A DNA stretch of 20,000 nt from Sphaeroforma arctica JP610. Taxonomy: Eukaryota. The stretch is from positions 47,993 through 67,992 of the forward strand of contig NW_014040148.1 of NCBI RefSeq assembly GCF_001186125.1. Direction: 5' to 3'. Shown here piece after piece: positions 11,001 to 20,000 of this stretch. A program made the position numbers and the translations under genes. The notes beneath the pieces were generated by a model. That model made no database searches, was not told where the DNA came from, and saw nothing but the letters and a program-made list of their open reading frames with translations. Within the stretch, counting starts at the first letter, position 1, and every line of letters starts with the position of its first letter.

Positions 11001-14000
11001 TTGTATAAAACGGTATAGACAATAAATCACAGCTATTATCTGAATCGATAGAACAATCATGCTATCCATACGGAGGTATACATATCCGAAATGGCAATCA
11101 AGATAGTATGAGAATCGTCAGTTGAAACACCACATTTGAAAGAAGCGACAGGACCAGCTTGAGAGCGATATGTATGTACATCTTGCCGATCTAGAAGGTA
11201 AGGTTTTATCCAAAACAGTTTGCATCTAGCATTCAAACACGGCACGGACCATGCATACAATGCTCGTTTTTGAAAGGAAAGGCCAAGCGACCACACAGTA
11301 TCACAATACTAAATATTACGTATCAAGCCCAAAATTTCTAACATTTCAGTAGGGAAGTGAGCTCGTGTTGCATAATACCTTATGACACCTACGCTCATAC
11401 CGAATTACACACTTAAGGCGAAATTGAAATGAGAATGTGTATTAGCATACCCGTGTAGATAAATAGTTCATTCGGTGTTGTACGGTCTGTTCGGCCTCTA
11501 CCTTTGATGTCCAGTTGGTCACCACGCCGCTCGATCCATTGATCAGAGGTTTGAGTTTATCTTCGCAATTAAAAGGGTACGCCGAGGTGTAAATTCAGGT
11601 GCTAGGCTACAAAATTGAATGCAGATGCATATACTTGCTCTGACATAAAGGGCAAGACACGGCTATCAGAAACAGAAGCAAGCCAATGTCTTTCGAATAT
11701 ATGTCTAGCTTCTATACGCATTCCATCACACGACAAATATTGATAAAAGAATGGTCGAGGTTCAATGTGCACTCCGGGCGTAGATCCATAGTAGGAACTA
11801 GGCTTTAAAGCTCCCACCCAATACACGCCATATGCATTTTTCTTCGTCATAGTATTGTACACAGTCATAATCATTCGTGCTGCTTGTACGCTACTACTTG
11901 TTTACGCAACATATCTCGACGTACACTCGCAGTCTGAACTTGAGATTAGCATTTTGCAGTTAATTCTAACGTGGGACATCCAATTGCCACGCCAGAAATT
12001 GTGCATTAGCATACTAAAACAAATCTACGTTCTGCAAGATCAAAATCACGCTAAAGTGCCGACGGAAACACTTACCTGTGCCTTTCAGGTCGAGATTCCT
12101 GATCAGCAGCACACGCGCATTGGTCTTCAATTGGAGCGCGCGTTCGGCGAGGCTACCTCCTTTAAACAGTTCGGATTCCCTAAAGTGTACAATGTCAAGA
12201 CAAATACAGCGTCTGAATGTCAGATGTGGAAGCAGGAAGTTAGGATCGCACTCAATAGGCCATCGATCCTGATAAGAGATGTATACTGTATGCCCAAAGT
12301 GTCGAGAAAAGTAGCATTGGCACTGCATATACTTGAGCGAGTAGTGTAACATAGCAATTTTATATATACACTTGAAACAAACTGGCTATACAAGCAATAA
12401 TAAGCTTGAAAATAAGCAAATGCTAATGACTACCTCCAGCCATCGTAGCGGGTGCCGAACTTCGATGGTATATACTGAAAGCTCGCATACACCCAATAAA
12501 CCTCACCGACCAATTCCGCAGACTCAACACAGGGCATGTGTAATAATACATAGGCGATTAAACTCAGGAGTAACCCTACATTATAAAATTTCGCAAGTGT
12601 TCAAACACAGGTCAAGCTATGTACTTGTGGACTACTGCATACTATTTTTAATATATAAGGTCGATAGCAGCTGATTCGATTCACGTGCCCTTCAACACAT
12701 ACCAAAGGGCTGTCTCGTCATGACAGTTATTTAGTCCGTTGACGTGATCGTGTGCATGGAACGTCATAGCCTGGCTACAGAGAGAGGCCAGCTTGGTGCT
12801 ATTTAACTGCTGCACCTTCTTGTTGAAGGGAAATAATGTGGTGGGGAGCCGATGATCGGGAAGTGGTGTCCTAAATTGATTGAAATAGCTATAGCGTAGG
12901 CGCAGCAGAATTCAAAATGTCAGAGACTTGGGGCAGACGGTTCAATTGGCATATATAAGGCAACGTCTAAGTTAAATCTATGCTATAAAAAAGCCACAGA
13001 AGATCACCGCGAGCCCAAAATGCTACAACTGTCGTCCAATAATCAATGGCTGGACACACGAGCTTGTGTCAATGGTTGGCTACGGTCGGAAACGAGGCTG
13101 TGTGGGCAAGAAATGTTGGGTCAACTGATGGAACGAACGCAGATGTAGTTGGCGTGGCGAATTCTGCCAATGTTTCCATACCTGGCACGAATCGCCCAAT
13201 ATTGCAGCAAGTATTATTAGGCCAACTTAAGGCGACCTTCCGTATAGAGTACTTCGCAAGAAACATGTATCGCAAAAAGAAAGAAACTGACAAACTGGTG
13301 AAGGCACAATATTGATTTTTACTCTAATATTAAACCAGCTATACAATTGCTTGGGGGATTGTCACACACACACTCACATACTCCAGAGTGCGCTGATCAG
13401 CCCTACCATTTCGGATTTGATTGAGATGATGTACAAACAGTTGCTGGCCCAACTGACGATAACACTTGGATAGAGTTATAGTGACTAGGTCGAGGCGACC
13501 CCACGTAGAAGCCGAGAAGGCGAAACCCCGATTTAAAAAGTAGGACCGTTCCGTCCTGAGTAAAGGGGTTCAGAGGTGGCGCGAATGCCGTGTGTGAGCA
13601 TATGTGTGATGCATAGCAAGCAGACTCGGGACGAATCGTCGAACATTGTGATGTACTCTAGGGGTATTGTCAACTCCCAGCTGATCTGGGAGAGAAATTA
13701 CGCCGTGCTTAAGTAAGTCCAAACCTCCAACAACGAAATTCCGTCCGAAAATTTCTGCCTTGTGAGTAACCAGACAGACAGAAGGGAACAGTGTCACAGT
13801 TTCCAACATATGCGATCCCACTCCCAAACGTGCCGCGGAACGAGAATTGAACAAGCAGGTCATACACAGATGTAAGAACTAGATGAAGAGCACGTTGAAT
13901 ACATCTATATCAATCTTACCATTCTTGTTTCTCATTTTTATACTTCTCGATAGCTAGTCCCCTTTTCAATTGTTGCGGATCCAATTTCTTCATAGTCTCG

Positions 14001-17000
14001 AAAGGTATGGAGCCTTCGATGGGCGGCAATTGCAGAAAGTCTCCGCAGAAAAATATCTATACATCGAGAGAAATATTGGTCAATGAGCATCAATAAAGTC
14101 CTAATCGTTGCAGACAACAATGCAATTCTAAGATTAAATACTTTCGCACGGATAACGCTGTTGTTAGTCACGTGAAAGACCATGCGCTAGCAACAAATAG
14201 GCTGGAAAATAGGGATGGTCGCCATCATCACATAAGTGCGTGATAGTTTGATTCATACACCAGTCATCGAAGCTGGCAATCACCATGGCCTAAAATTGCC
14301 GCAACGCTGAAAGGTAATCTAGCAAATATTGAAATGTCACAGGTTCGTCTATGTATCAATTATCGATACGGGTTAAACATATGTATACATATACCTGAAA
14401 CATTTGAAAGCACACGAAAATCTGACTGAATGAAATTTTGTAGTTTATATAAATAAATATCAGGGAAATTTTTTCAATACATGTTTACACCTACAAATAT
14501 CTCTGATAAGCAAACAAACTCGCGTACCTGTATACCACCAAATGGAGGTAACTCGTGAAGTTTTTTGCCCATGTTCTTGGGGAGGTTCATACACATGAGG
14601 CGTATTTGTGAATCCAAACAGTCCAAGAATTCACCTGAAACCATACTGATCTCATCAACCATGAATAGCTCCACATCCTGTGTCCACAACTTGTACATTG
14701 CGGGTTTCATCATTCGTTGGAAGTCTGCCACCTCTGAAGGGATACCCACACCCTGTTGTACAAACCATACACATAGGTTGGGAAAGTGAATCGACGTATG
14801 TGACAGATGCGCGTTCACTAGTAGGGTGCAATATTCATTCCTTAGATGCGTGTCGAATTTTAAACGACTCACTCGCATTCAAAAGCCGAGAAAATTTGTC
14901 ATGTTGGAAGGATTCACCATATCGGATGAAAATATATCTTCCTATCATGTTCTCATCCGATTATATCCAAATCAGGGTTCAAGTCCGGTGACAGTGCATC
15001 GCGAAAGCAATTTGAACACACAAGCACACATACTATCGAGATTTAAAGGTTCACACCTGAGTCCGACATTATGTACAAGAACCCAAATATGCGATATTTT
15101 ACCGCAGACCCCATGTGTACACACATACGCAGCGAGCAAATGCCACCTTAATTACTAAGACAAACACGTGGAACAGACAACTCGCAAACCAACAAATCCA
15201 ACCAGAATAGATACGTAAAAAATATCAAGACGCACATAAAAGCCGCCTCAACTTACTGTTGCAGAATTTATGGTCGTTCCGTCAATATGCGTCGCAGCCA
15301 CTCCAGTCGGTGCCGCGACAACGACTCTGTCGGGATAATCTTCACGTTCATATAATCTGAGTAGAAACACGAGGAAGGGCATGAGGAGAGCGATTCGTCG
15401 TCGAGGTTTCGTATAAAAGGACGCTAGCGGAGACTTTACGTAAGCTACTGCTTAAAAAACAAGGGTATGGTCGTACCCTCGTATTTTAGTTAAATCTTTG
15501 TCATATTTCCGGTTATTGAGACAGAAATAGTATAATATGAACTCACAGAGCTGTCTGCCTGCATGAAGGAATATCGCCTCTTATAATGCTATAAGGTGTC
15601 CCAGATGTCAATGGATTCTTAAATTTGCAGACTTGAGCTAATGATAATCATTCTTACCTCGTCGATCCTGTATTCATCATCACTTAAATGTAATTTTAGA
15701 CTCGTGCCACATCCGCAAAACACAACGCAAACCTTTCTGTCACTTGCAAAAATCAGTCGCATTCGGATGCATAAACGCATCTGTAGCCCTGCCTCCATAT
15801 GAGGATACAGCCAAAAGCACGCATTTCCACTCCGCAACAGTCTATCATCTTTCTCATATACCTTTTGAGGAAATCGCGGACAGTGGCAGTAGTGTGTGAC
15901 TTGCCAACACCAGCCGAACCCGTCAGAAAGACATTCTTCTCATCAACAATTGTCAGTCGAACACATCGCAGCTGATCTTCGTCCAGTGTCAGGCTTGGAT
16001 CATTCCGTATCCGTTCTTGGTACCTGTGTATGGGGCGCGACAAAAGGAACCGTTGTGTTAAGGGAGCTACATAGCTTCTCATTGGAATGAAGTATTGTTG
16101 TTTGATATGGAAACAGTTTAGCAGCGCACCTCACCCGTGAGGATAGAGAGTGGGTAAAGCTTCAGTGGCAGAGAATACGGTTATGAACAGACGCATTCAC
16201 ATGCATTTGGATTTCCGAATTGATGGGATTTTTCAAACTGGCATATGGAAAACATGCAGGCTGTGAAGTACTTTTATGTTGAGTTAAAGTTTGATCCAAT
16301 GTTGACTCATACGTATTCGCAACGCATTCGCAACGTTGGGCATGATGCATTTTTACTTAAAACTGGCAGAGAGAGGCTCGCTGCAAACCGAAATCGCACA
16401 CCACAGCAAACTCAGTACAACAAAAAAACCAAAACACAGCCCGTACCAATTGTCAAAATCTTTTCGCTGTAACCGAGGCAGCGAGAAAACATCAGTCTCG
16501 TGAGGTGGTATCACTACTGTCTGCACCATTTGAATGTCGTCGGGCGCCATTAAAGCCGATTTTTGTGCCAAGACAATTGTCATGGGATCCAATTTTACTT
16601 TTTTTGTGTTTTTCTGCTCGGAAGCTCGGGGTGCGGGTATCCATTTGTTATACGTTATGGGCGGTGCAGGGCCTAGTGATGCTGGAGCTGGCGAGAGAAA
16701 TTGTATCGGAAATCAATTGACAACATGTACGTGTGAAATGTTCGTTAGTCGCTCTTAGACTGCAGCCTTGTCATATAGCTAACTGTAAATATAATTATAG
16801 AAAGTGGAAAACCCTCAAGAACAGAGCAACAATTCCTTAAACCCACGCCGTCTACACATATTTCAAATGCTTCGATACAGGTGCACTTGTAGCGTCTTTG
16901 AACGTAACGATTTGATGCATAATCATATCATGATGGGTCTTGTGTTTTATAGTGTTTCATTAAGAGACATACGTATATAAGTAGTAACGGCCCATACCGT

Positions 17001-19072
17001 ACCAGAATGTAAAATTTCCCCTATAAAACAAGGCATATTGTGCGAACTAAAGGGAGACTTTGCGCGGGCCGACCATACATACAGTGTTCAATCCGAGAAA
17101 CACAAAAATTACAATTCAACGTAAACAACGCCTTACAGGGCGCGAATCCGTCGCGCCTAGGCAAGATGTCCTTATCAGGTGGTGCTAGAGCGTGGAATAC
17201 GCCTGCGTATACGTCATTGGCATTATATCCTGTGTGTGTTGTGCTGGCTGCTCGTAACTTCAATACCTCCCTCTCATAGAACGGTCGCACCCAGACTGGA
17301 ATGTCGCCTGCAGCGAAGAACAACTCATTAGTATGACTACATCATTGTCCCCCATCATCGTACCTGCTAGAACCAAAGTACATTACGTTCCGTGCAATAA
17401 GCACGATATATTTGAATATTATCAAGGTTAGACACCGACCCACTCGAGTTTTCACGGCGTACAGCACAGACTCGCGATGACAGAAAGCCCTTGGATCTGC
17501 AGTGGTGTGAGCAAACGAGGATAAGTAGAACAGCTCACCTGAGTGTGAGAACTGACACGCATCTCCAAACGGACAACCGTCTGTCAGCCCCTTGCCCAGA
17601 TATAGGCATGGAAATGACAGAGAGAGAGGACTTCCTCGCGCGTCCAATGCCGGCGAGTTATACTCCTGCTTGGTCACTGGTATCTGTGCATCGAGGGAGA
17701 TATGTGCGTGATCAATCAACGAATCAAGGTTTGTGAAGTCAACCGTACTCCTACACTAGCTACCTCACGACCGGCTTCTATTGATTAGCCTAGTCAAGGA
17801 AATAGCACACATGATTGACTAATGTTAAAGGTCACAAACATGATTGAAACTTAGGATCAAGCAATACCTACACAGTGCCGTTGAGGTCCTGATACTTACC
17901 ATGGAATTGTTTGCTGCACAGGCCGCATTATACTTCCTGTCCCTGATTTGTTGCTCCGTCAGCGAGTTCGAGGTAGGGCTTGGTTCTTTCGGGTTGATTG
18001 TGTTCCTGTACATCCGTGCTTGTGCGTGTGTGCGCGTGTACGAGTTTACTCCGTTGGTATGCATCTGTGCCTGTGCGTATGCATGTGCCTGCATGGTACA
18101 CTGTGGCTCGGGCACATACTTCGCGTCTTCGACCCCTGAATCCTGTGTGTTCTTGCGGACATGTGTATAGGACATCACGTACCTACTGATCTCTTCTGGT
18201 ATTTGCGTGGTTGCTATTGGGCTGATATATATATGTACAGCAGTAGGTTGCTGGGTATTAGTCGTGTTGTTGATTGTAACAGGTGTCGGGGGTTGATTCT
18301 GCGGCGCATCGCGCACACCCGGAGCTGCTATCCAAGTCCCAGGTGTGGTTCTACTCACCGGGGCCCCCTTGACAGCCTGTCTAGTGTTGTGTTGTCCGTT
18401 GGTATTACTAGACTCGTTCCTCAGGCCTGCAGCTCTTGCTGCTGCTAGAAGATGCCCAGCGCTGCTTGCTGCTTTGGTGTTGTTCAGCTCTTTCCTGACG
18501 CCGGTTGCCTTCGCTGTTGTAGACTTTGGATTATGCCCAGTACTGTGTGCTGCTAAATTTTTAAGCTCTTTTTGGTCGCCTGCTGCTTTAGTTGTGGATG
18601 TCTGTGGACATTGGTCGCCAATTCTTAGGTTATACCACCCGCTATGGTGTTCTATGGTAGTATCAATAGCTTGTTCGTTGATACCTGCTGATTCGGCTAC
18701 TAGTTTTTGTGGTTGAAGTTCACTACTTCGTATATTATACCTGGCAGCTGGTGTTAGACATATGTTTTGACTGTCAGCCACTCCAACAGTACCATGCATC
18801 AAAGTACTATCTGAAGTCATCTGAGCGTCTAGACCCTGTATTTTCTCGAATGTTATTGTAGACTTACTACCATACGATTGTATGTTGTGCGTAGAGTGTG
18901 AGATAGGGGTTGTATCGTCGTCCATGAGATCTTCTACATCAATCACGGGCATGGAATATGCACTTGTATTAGAGGCTGCTTCATAAACCCCTTTGCCAGG
19001 CTGAGATGCACAATCAGTGGACGACAGCCGATTCGTATCGTCGGCCAGGACGCGTTTACCATGTTCGTTCAT
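7944..19072 (-). CDS. PIF1: Spliced PIF1-family 5'-3' DNA helicase (about 1259 aa, 19 exons) with N-terminal CCCH finger and C-terminal CCHC knuckle
   Basis: Manual model, minus strand: 19072-17900, 17683-17539, 17307-17137, 16687-16447, 16023-15862, 15356-15257, 14752-14528, 14056-13920, 13555-13382, 12888-12703, 12179-12076, 11560-11451, 10815-10735, 10391-10259, 9900-9772, 9227-9097, 8707-8543, 8217-8152, 8090-7944. All introns are GT..AG, phases match, total 3780 nt. Motifs in order: GSAGVGKS, APTGVAA, DEISM, FGGIQ, GDFLQLPPI, YRQ..IRNG, LINGSSGVV, QIPLKLGWAVSIHKSQGMTL, GQSYVALSRV. Confidence 0.9.
8152..8217 (-). CDS. PIF1-like exon 18: Cys-rich
   Basis: ATATAG|AGG acceptor and GCT|GTATGT donor; RNSAKCPSADCLTQMRCSILCA, phase 0/0. 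Confidence 0.5.
8543..8707 (-). CDS. PIF1-like exon 17: C-terminal extension
   Basis: GATTAG|AAA acceptor and GAG|GTGTGT donor, 55 open codons (KLCVLTGEKKWLTMGPRELVDK...NLENE). Confidence 0.65.
9097..9227 (-). CDS. PIF1-like exon 16: motif VI
   Basis: VALSRVTGPEAL; TTGCAG|TG acceptor completes Y-V-A-L-S-R; AGG|GTGAGT donor. Confidence 0.92.
9772..9900 (-). CDS. PIF1-like exon 15: motif V
   Basis: RLQIPLKLGWAVSIHKSQGMTLTAGNVSTAGAFAEGQSY; CTAG|GT acceptor, G|GTGAGT donor. Confidence 0.95.
10259..10391 (-). CDS. PIF1-like exon 14
   Basis: KYKWKLPVVEFNNGRQMIILPCLF (LP.V.F..G); CAG|TGC acceptor, AAG|GTGTGT donor. Confidence 0.85.
10735..10815 (-). CDS. PIF1-like exon 13 (2B insertion, phase 0/0)
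   Basis: TTTTCGGCGTAG|GTG acceptor and GCG|GTACGT donor, 27 open codons. No conserved motif, and it can be skipped in frame. Confidence 0.55.
11451..11560 (-). CDS. PIF1-like exon 12
   Basis: DKLKPLINGSSGVVTNW (Pif1 L.NGS.G.V motif); GAAG|AT acceptor, CGG|GTATGC donor. Confidence 0.88.
12076..12179 (-). CDS. PIF1-like exon 11: start of 2B domain
   Basis: LAERALQLKTNARVLLIRNLD; TTTAG|G acceptor, CAG|GTAAGT donor. Confidence 0.9.
12703..12888 (-). CDS. PIF1-like exon 10: motif IV region
   Basis: LPTTLFPFNKKVQQLNSTKLASLCSQAMTFHAHD; TAG|C acceptor, TG|GTATGT donor. Confidence 0.88.
13382..13555 (-). CDS. PIF1-like exon 9
   Basis: FLNRGFAFSASTWGRLDLVTITLSKCYRQLGQQLFVHHLNQIRNG matches the Pif1 pattern F..W..L....RQ....F...L..IR.G; CTCAG|G acceptor, GA|GTATGT donor. 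Confidence 0.9.
13920..14056 (-). CDS. PIF1-like exon 8: motif III (frame absent from ORF track)
   Basis: IFFCGDFLQLPPIEGSIPFETMKKLDPQQLKRG...; TAG|ATA acceptor, TG|GTAAGA donor. Confidence 0.92.
14528..14752 (-). CDS. PIF1-like exon 7: Walker B
   Basis: GVGIP...LFMVDEISMVSGEFLDCLD...PPFGGIQ; CAG|GGT acceptor, CAG|GTACGC donor. Confidence 0.93.
15257..15356 (-). CDS. PIF1-like exon 6: motifs Ia/Ib (absent from ORF track)
   Basis: LYEREDYPDRVVVAAPTGVAATHIDGTTINSAT; CTCAG|A acceptor, ACA|GTAAGT donor. Confidence 0.93.
15862..16023 (-). CDS. PIF1-like exon 5: Walker A
   Basis: LDEDQLRCVRLTIVDEKNVFLTGSAGVGKS; CAG|G acceptor, AG|GTATAT donor. Confidence 0.92.
16447..16687 (-). CDS. PIF1-like exon 4 (includes basic TKKVKLD, possible NLS)
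   Basis: TCTCTCGCCAG|CT acceptor and TG|GTACGG donor. Frame is open and joins the next exon as DFDNW-YQERIRN. Confidence 0.7.
17137..17307 (-). CDS. PIF1-like exon 3 (GDIPVWVRPFYEREVLKL...DGFAP)
   Basis: CTGCAG|GC acceptor and T|GTAAGG donor, phase 1/1. An alternative same-phase donor (T|GTATGT) would end the exon at 17083. Confidence 0.55.
17539..17683 (-). CDS. PIF1-like exon 2: CCCH zinc finger
   Basis: GCACAG|ATA acceptor and TCAG|GTGAG donor. Encodes CLYLGKGLTDGCPFGDACQFSH (C-x10-C-x5-C-x3-H). Confidence 0.7.
17900..19072 (-). CDS. PIF1-like exon 1: 391-aa low-complexity N-terminal region
   Basis: Longest ORF in the window, rich in T/S/A/N/Q. In-frame TGA lies just upstream of the ATG. 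Ends at a consensus donor ATG|GTAAGT (phase 0). Confidence 0.7.
18380..18600 (-). repeat. Three imperfect repeats of about 26 aa within exon 1
   Basis: TTKAAGDQKELKN / TAKATGVRKELNN / AARAAGLRNESSN, spaced about 78-81 nt apart. Confidence 0.7.
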
Positions 19073-19789
19073 CGTTCAATTATCTAACCTTGTACTGTTT
19101 TATGTGTTTAGTATCCATCATATGTGCGGAGGATATACGAGAGCACCTCCCCTACATTGCCGATTCATATACATATATGATGCGTTCTATTCTGTTAAGC
19201 GTGCTAAAAGCGTGCATGTGATAGCTTCGTTGACACGCCTTGCTAGATTAAATGTTTTCCAAAATCGGAGAGTACACGGAAAGTGCAATTCACCTTTCAG
19301 TGTGTGGCGTTCAGGGTATATTGAAATACAGTTAAAACGGTATGCATCGTCGTTTCGTACACAGACTGTGATTTAGGCTTCGAACGTGCTTTCATGGATC
19401 GACATCGATCCTCTACACTACTTGAGTTATGCTATAATACATGGGATGTATCGTGCTATGTGAAATGTTATCCTATATACTAGAACTGTGTACGCGATAC
19501 CCAACTGTATACATACGGTTGATTTATCTAGAAGACTGTGATATGCTGCGCCTGCTACAATACTGCAATAAAAAGTCTTGTTCTCAGCCACTCAGTTCCA
19601 CGACAGAAATTAGAATTCACAGAATGATGGTTATTTGTTTGGCGCCAAAATTCAAGTTCAAAAGAACCGCTCAATTTCGCTAAAAGCGGTAATTTTGTAC
19701 ATATATTGCAAAATGCAAACACATAGTATTTTCCATCACACCCCCCGCTCTCGATATATTTAACTTGAAATATTAGAGATTTGTTAAGA

Positions 19790-19990
19790 CTGCGACCACT
19801 AGGCCTGCGACCGGGTCTTGCGACCACTAAATCTGAAGCTTTCGCCTGACACCACTAAGTCTGACGTTCTCGTCTGCCACCCAATCTCAAAATTTAGTTT
19901 ATATATATACTTTTCAAACTTATACGGCATCAGTAGCACAGTGGCCAGGATGTGTGCCTATCTAATGTGCCATTTTGTGTGCCATTTTTG
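19790..19990. repeat. Cluster of short direct repeats upstream of the helicase gene
   Basis: tgcgacc three times (19791-19825), accactaa.tctga..t twice, tgtgcc three times (19953-19983) including tgtgccatttt twice. Confidence 0.6.
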
Positions 19991-20000
19991 GGACAGATTC

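Noticed and set aside
11855..13315. Plus-strand ORFs 11855-12349, 12372-12674 and 13046-13315
   Set aside because: They are antisense to helicase exons or introns, carry no recognisable motifs, and are probably chance ORFs.
15658..15682. 25-nt candidate cassette exon (TTAAG|..GAG|GTAAGA)
   Set aside because: Inclusion would frameshift the helicase between motifs I and Ia. There is no support without transcripts.
17844..18716. Plus-strand Cys/Val/Leu-rich ORFs
   Set aside because: Antisense shadows of the low-complexity exon 1.
16447..19072. Helitron RepHel interpretation
   Set aside because: No HUH or YxxK Rep motifs are recognisable upstream of the helicase core, and I found no convincing Helitron termini.

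Overview
Eukaryotic, intron-rich genomic DNA. About 11 kb (7944-19072, minus strand) is one spliced gene that I assembled by hand into 19 GT-AG exons with consistent phases (3780 nt, about 1259 aa). It encodes a PIF1-family (SF1B) DNA helicase with all core motifs. The architecture is unusual: a roughly 390-aa low-complexity N-terminus, a CCCH zinc finger before the helicase core, and a Cys-rich segment plus a CCHC zinc knuckle at the C-terminus. The helicase-core exons are well supported; the linkage of the terminal exons rests on splice signals and phase only. The left 6.3 kb has no intact gene. It holds nested tandem duplications (about 770-bp and 300-bp units) with decayed LRR-like peptides, and an approximately 228-bp tandem array that looks like repeated exon plus 37-nt intron units of a decayed gene. 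I found no transposase, HUH-Rep, RNA gene or CRISPR array.
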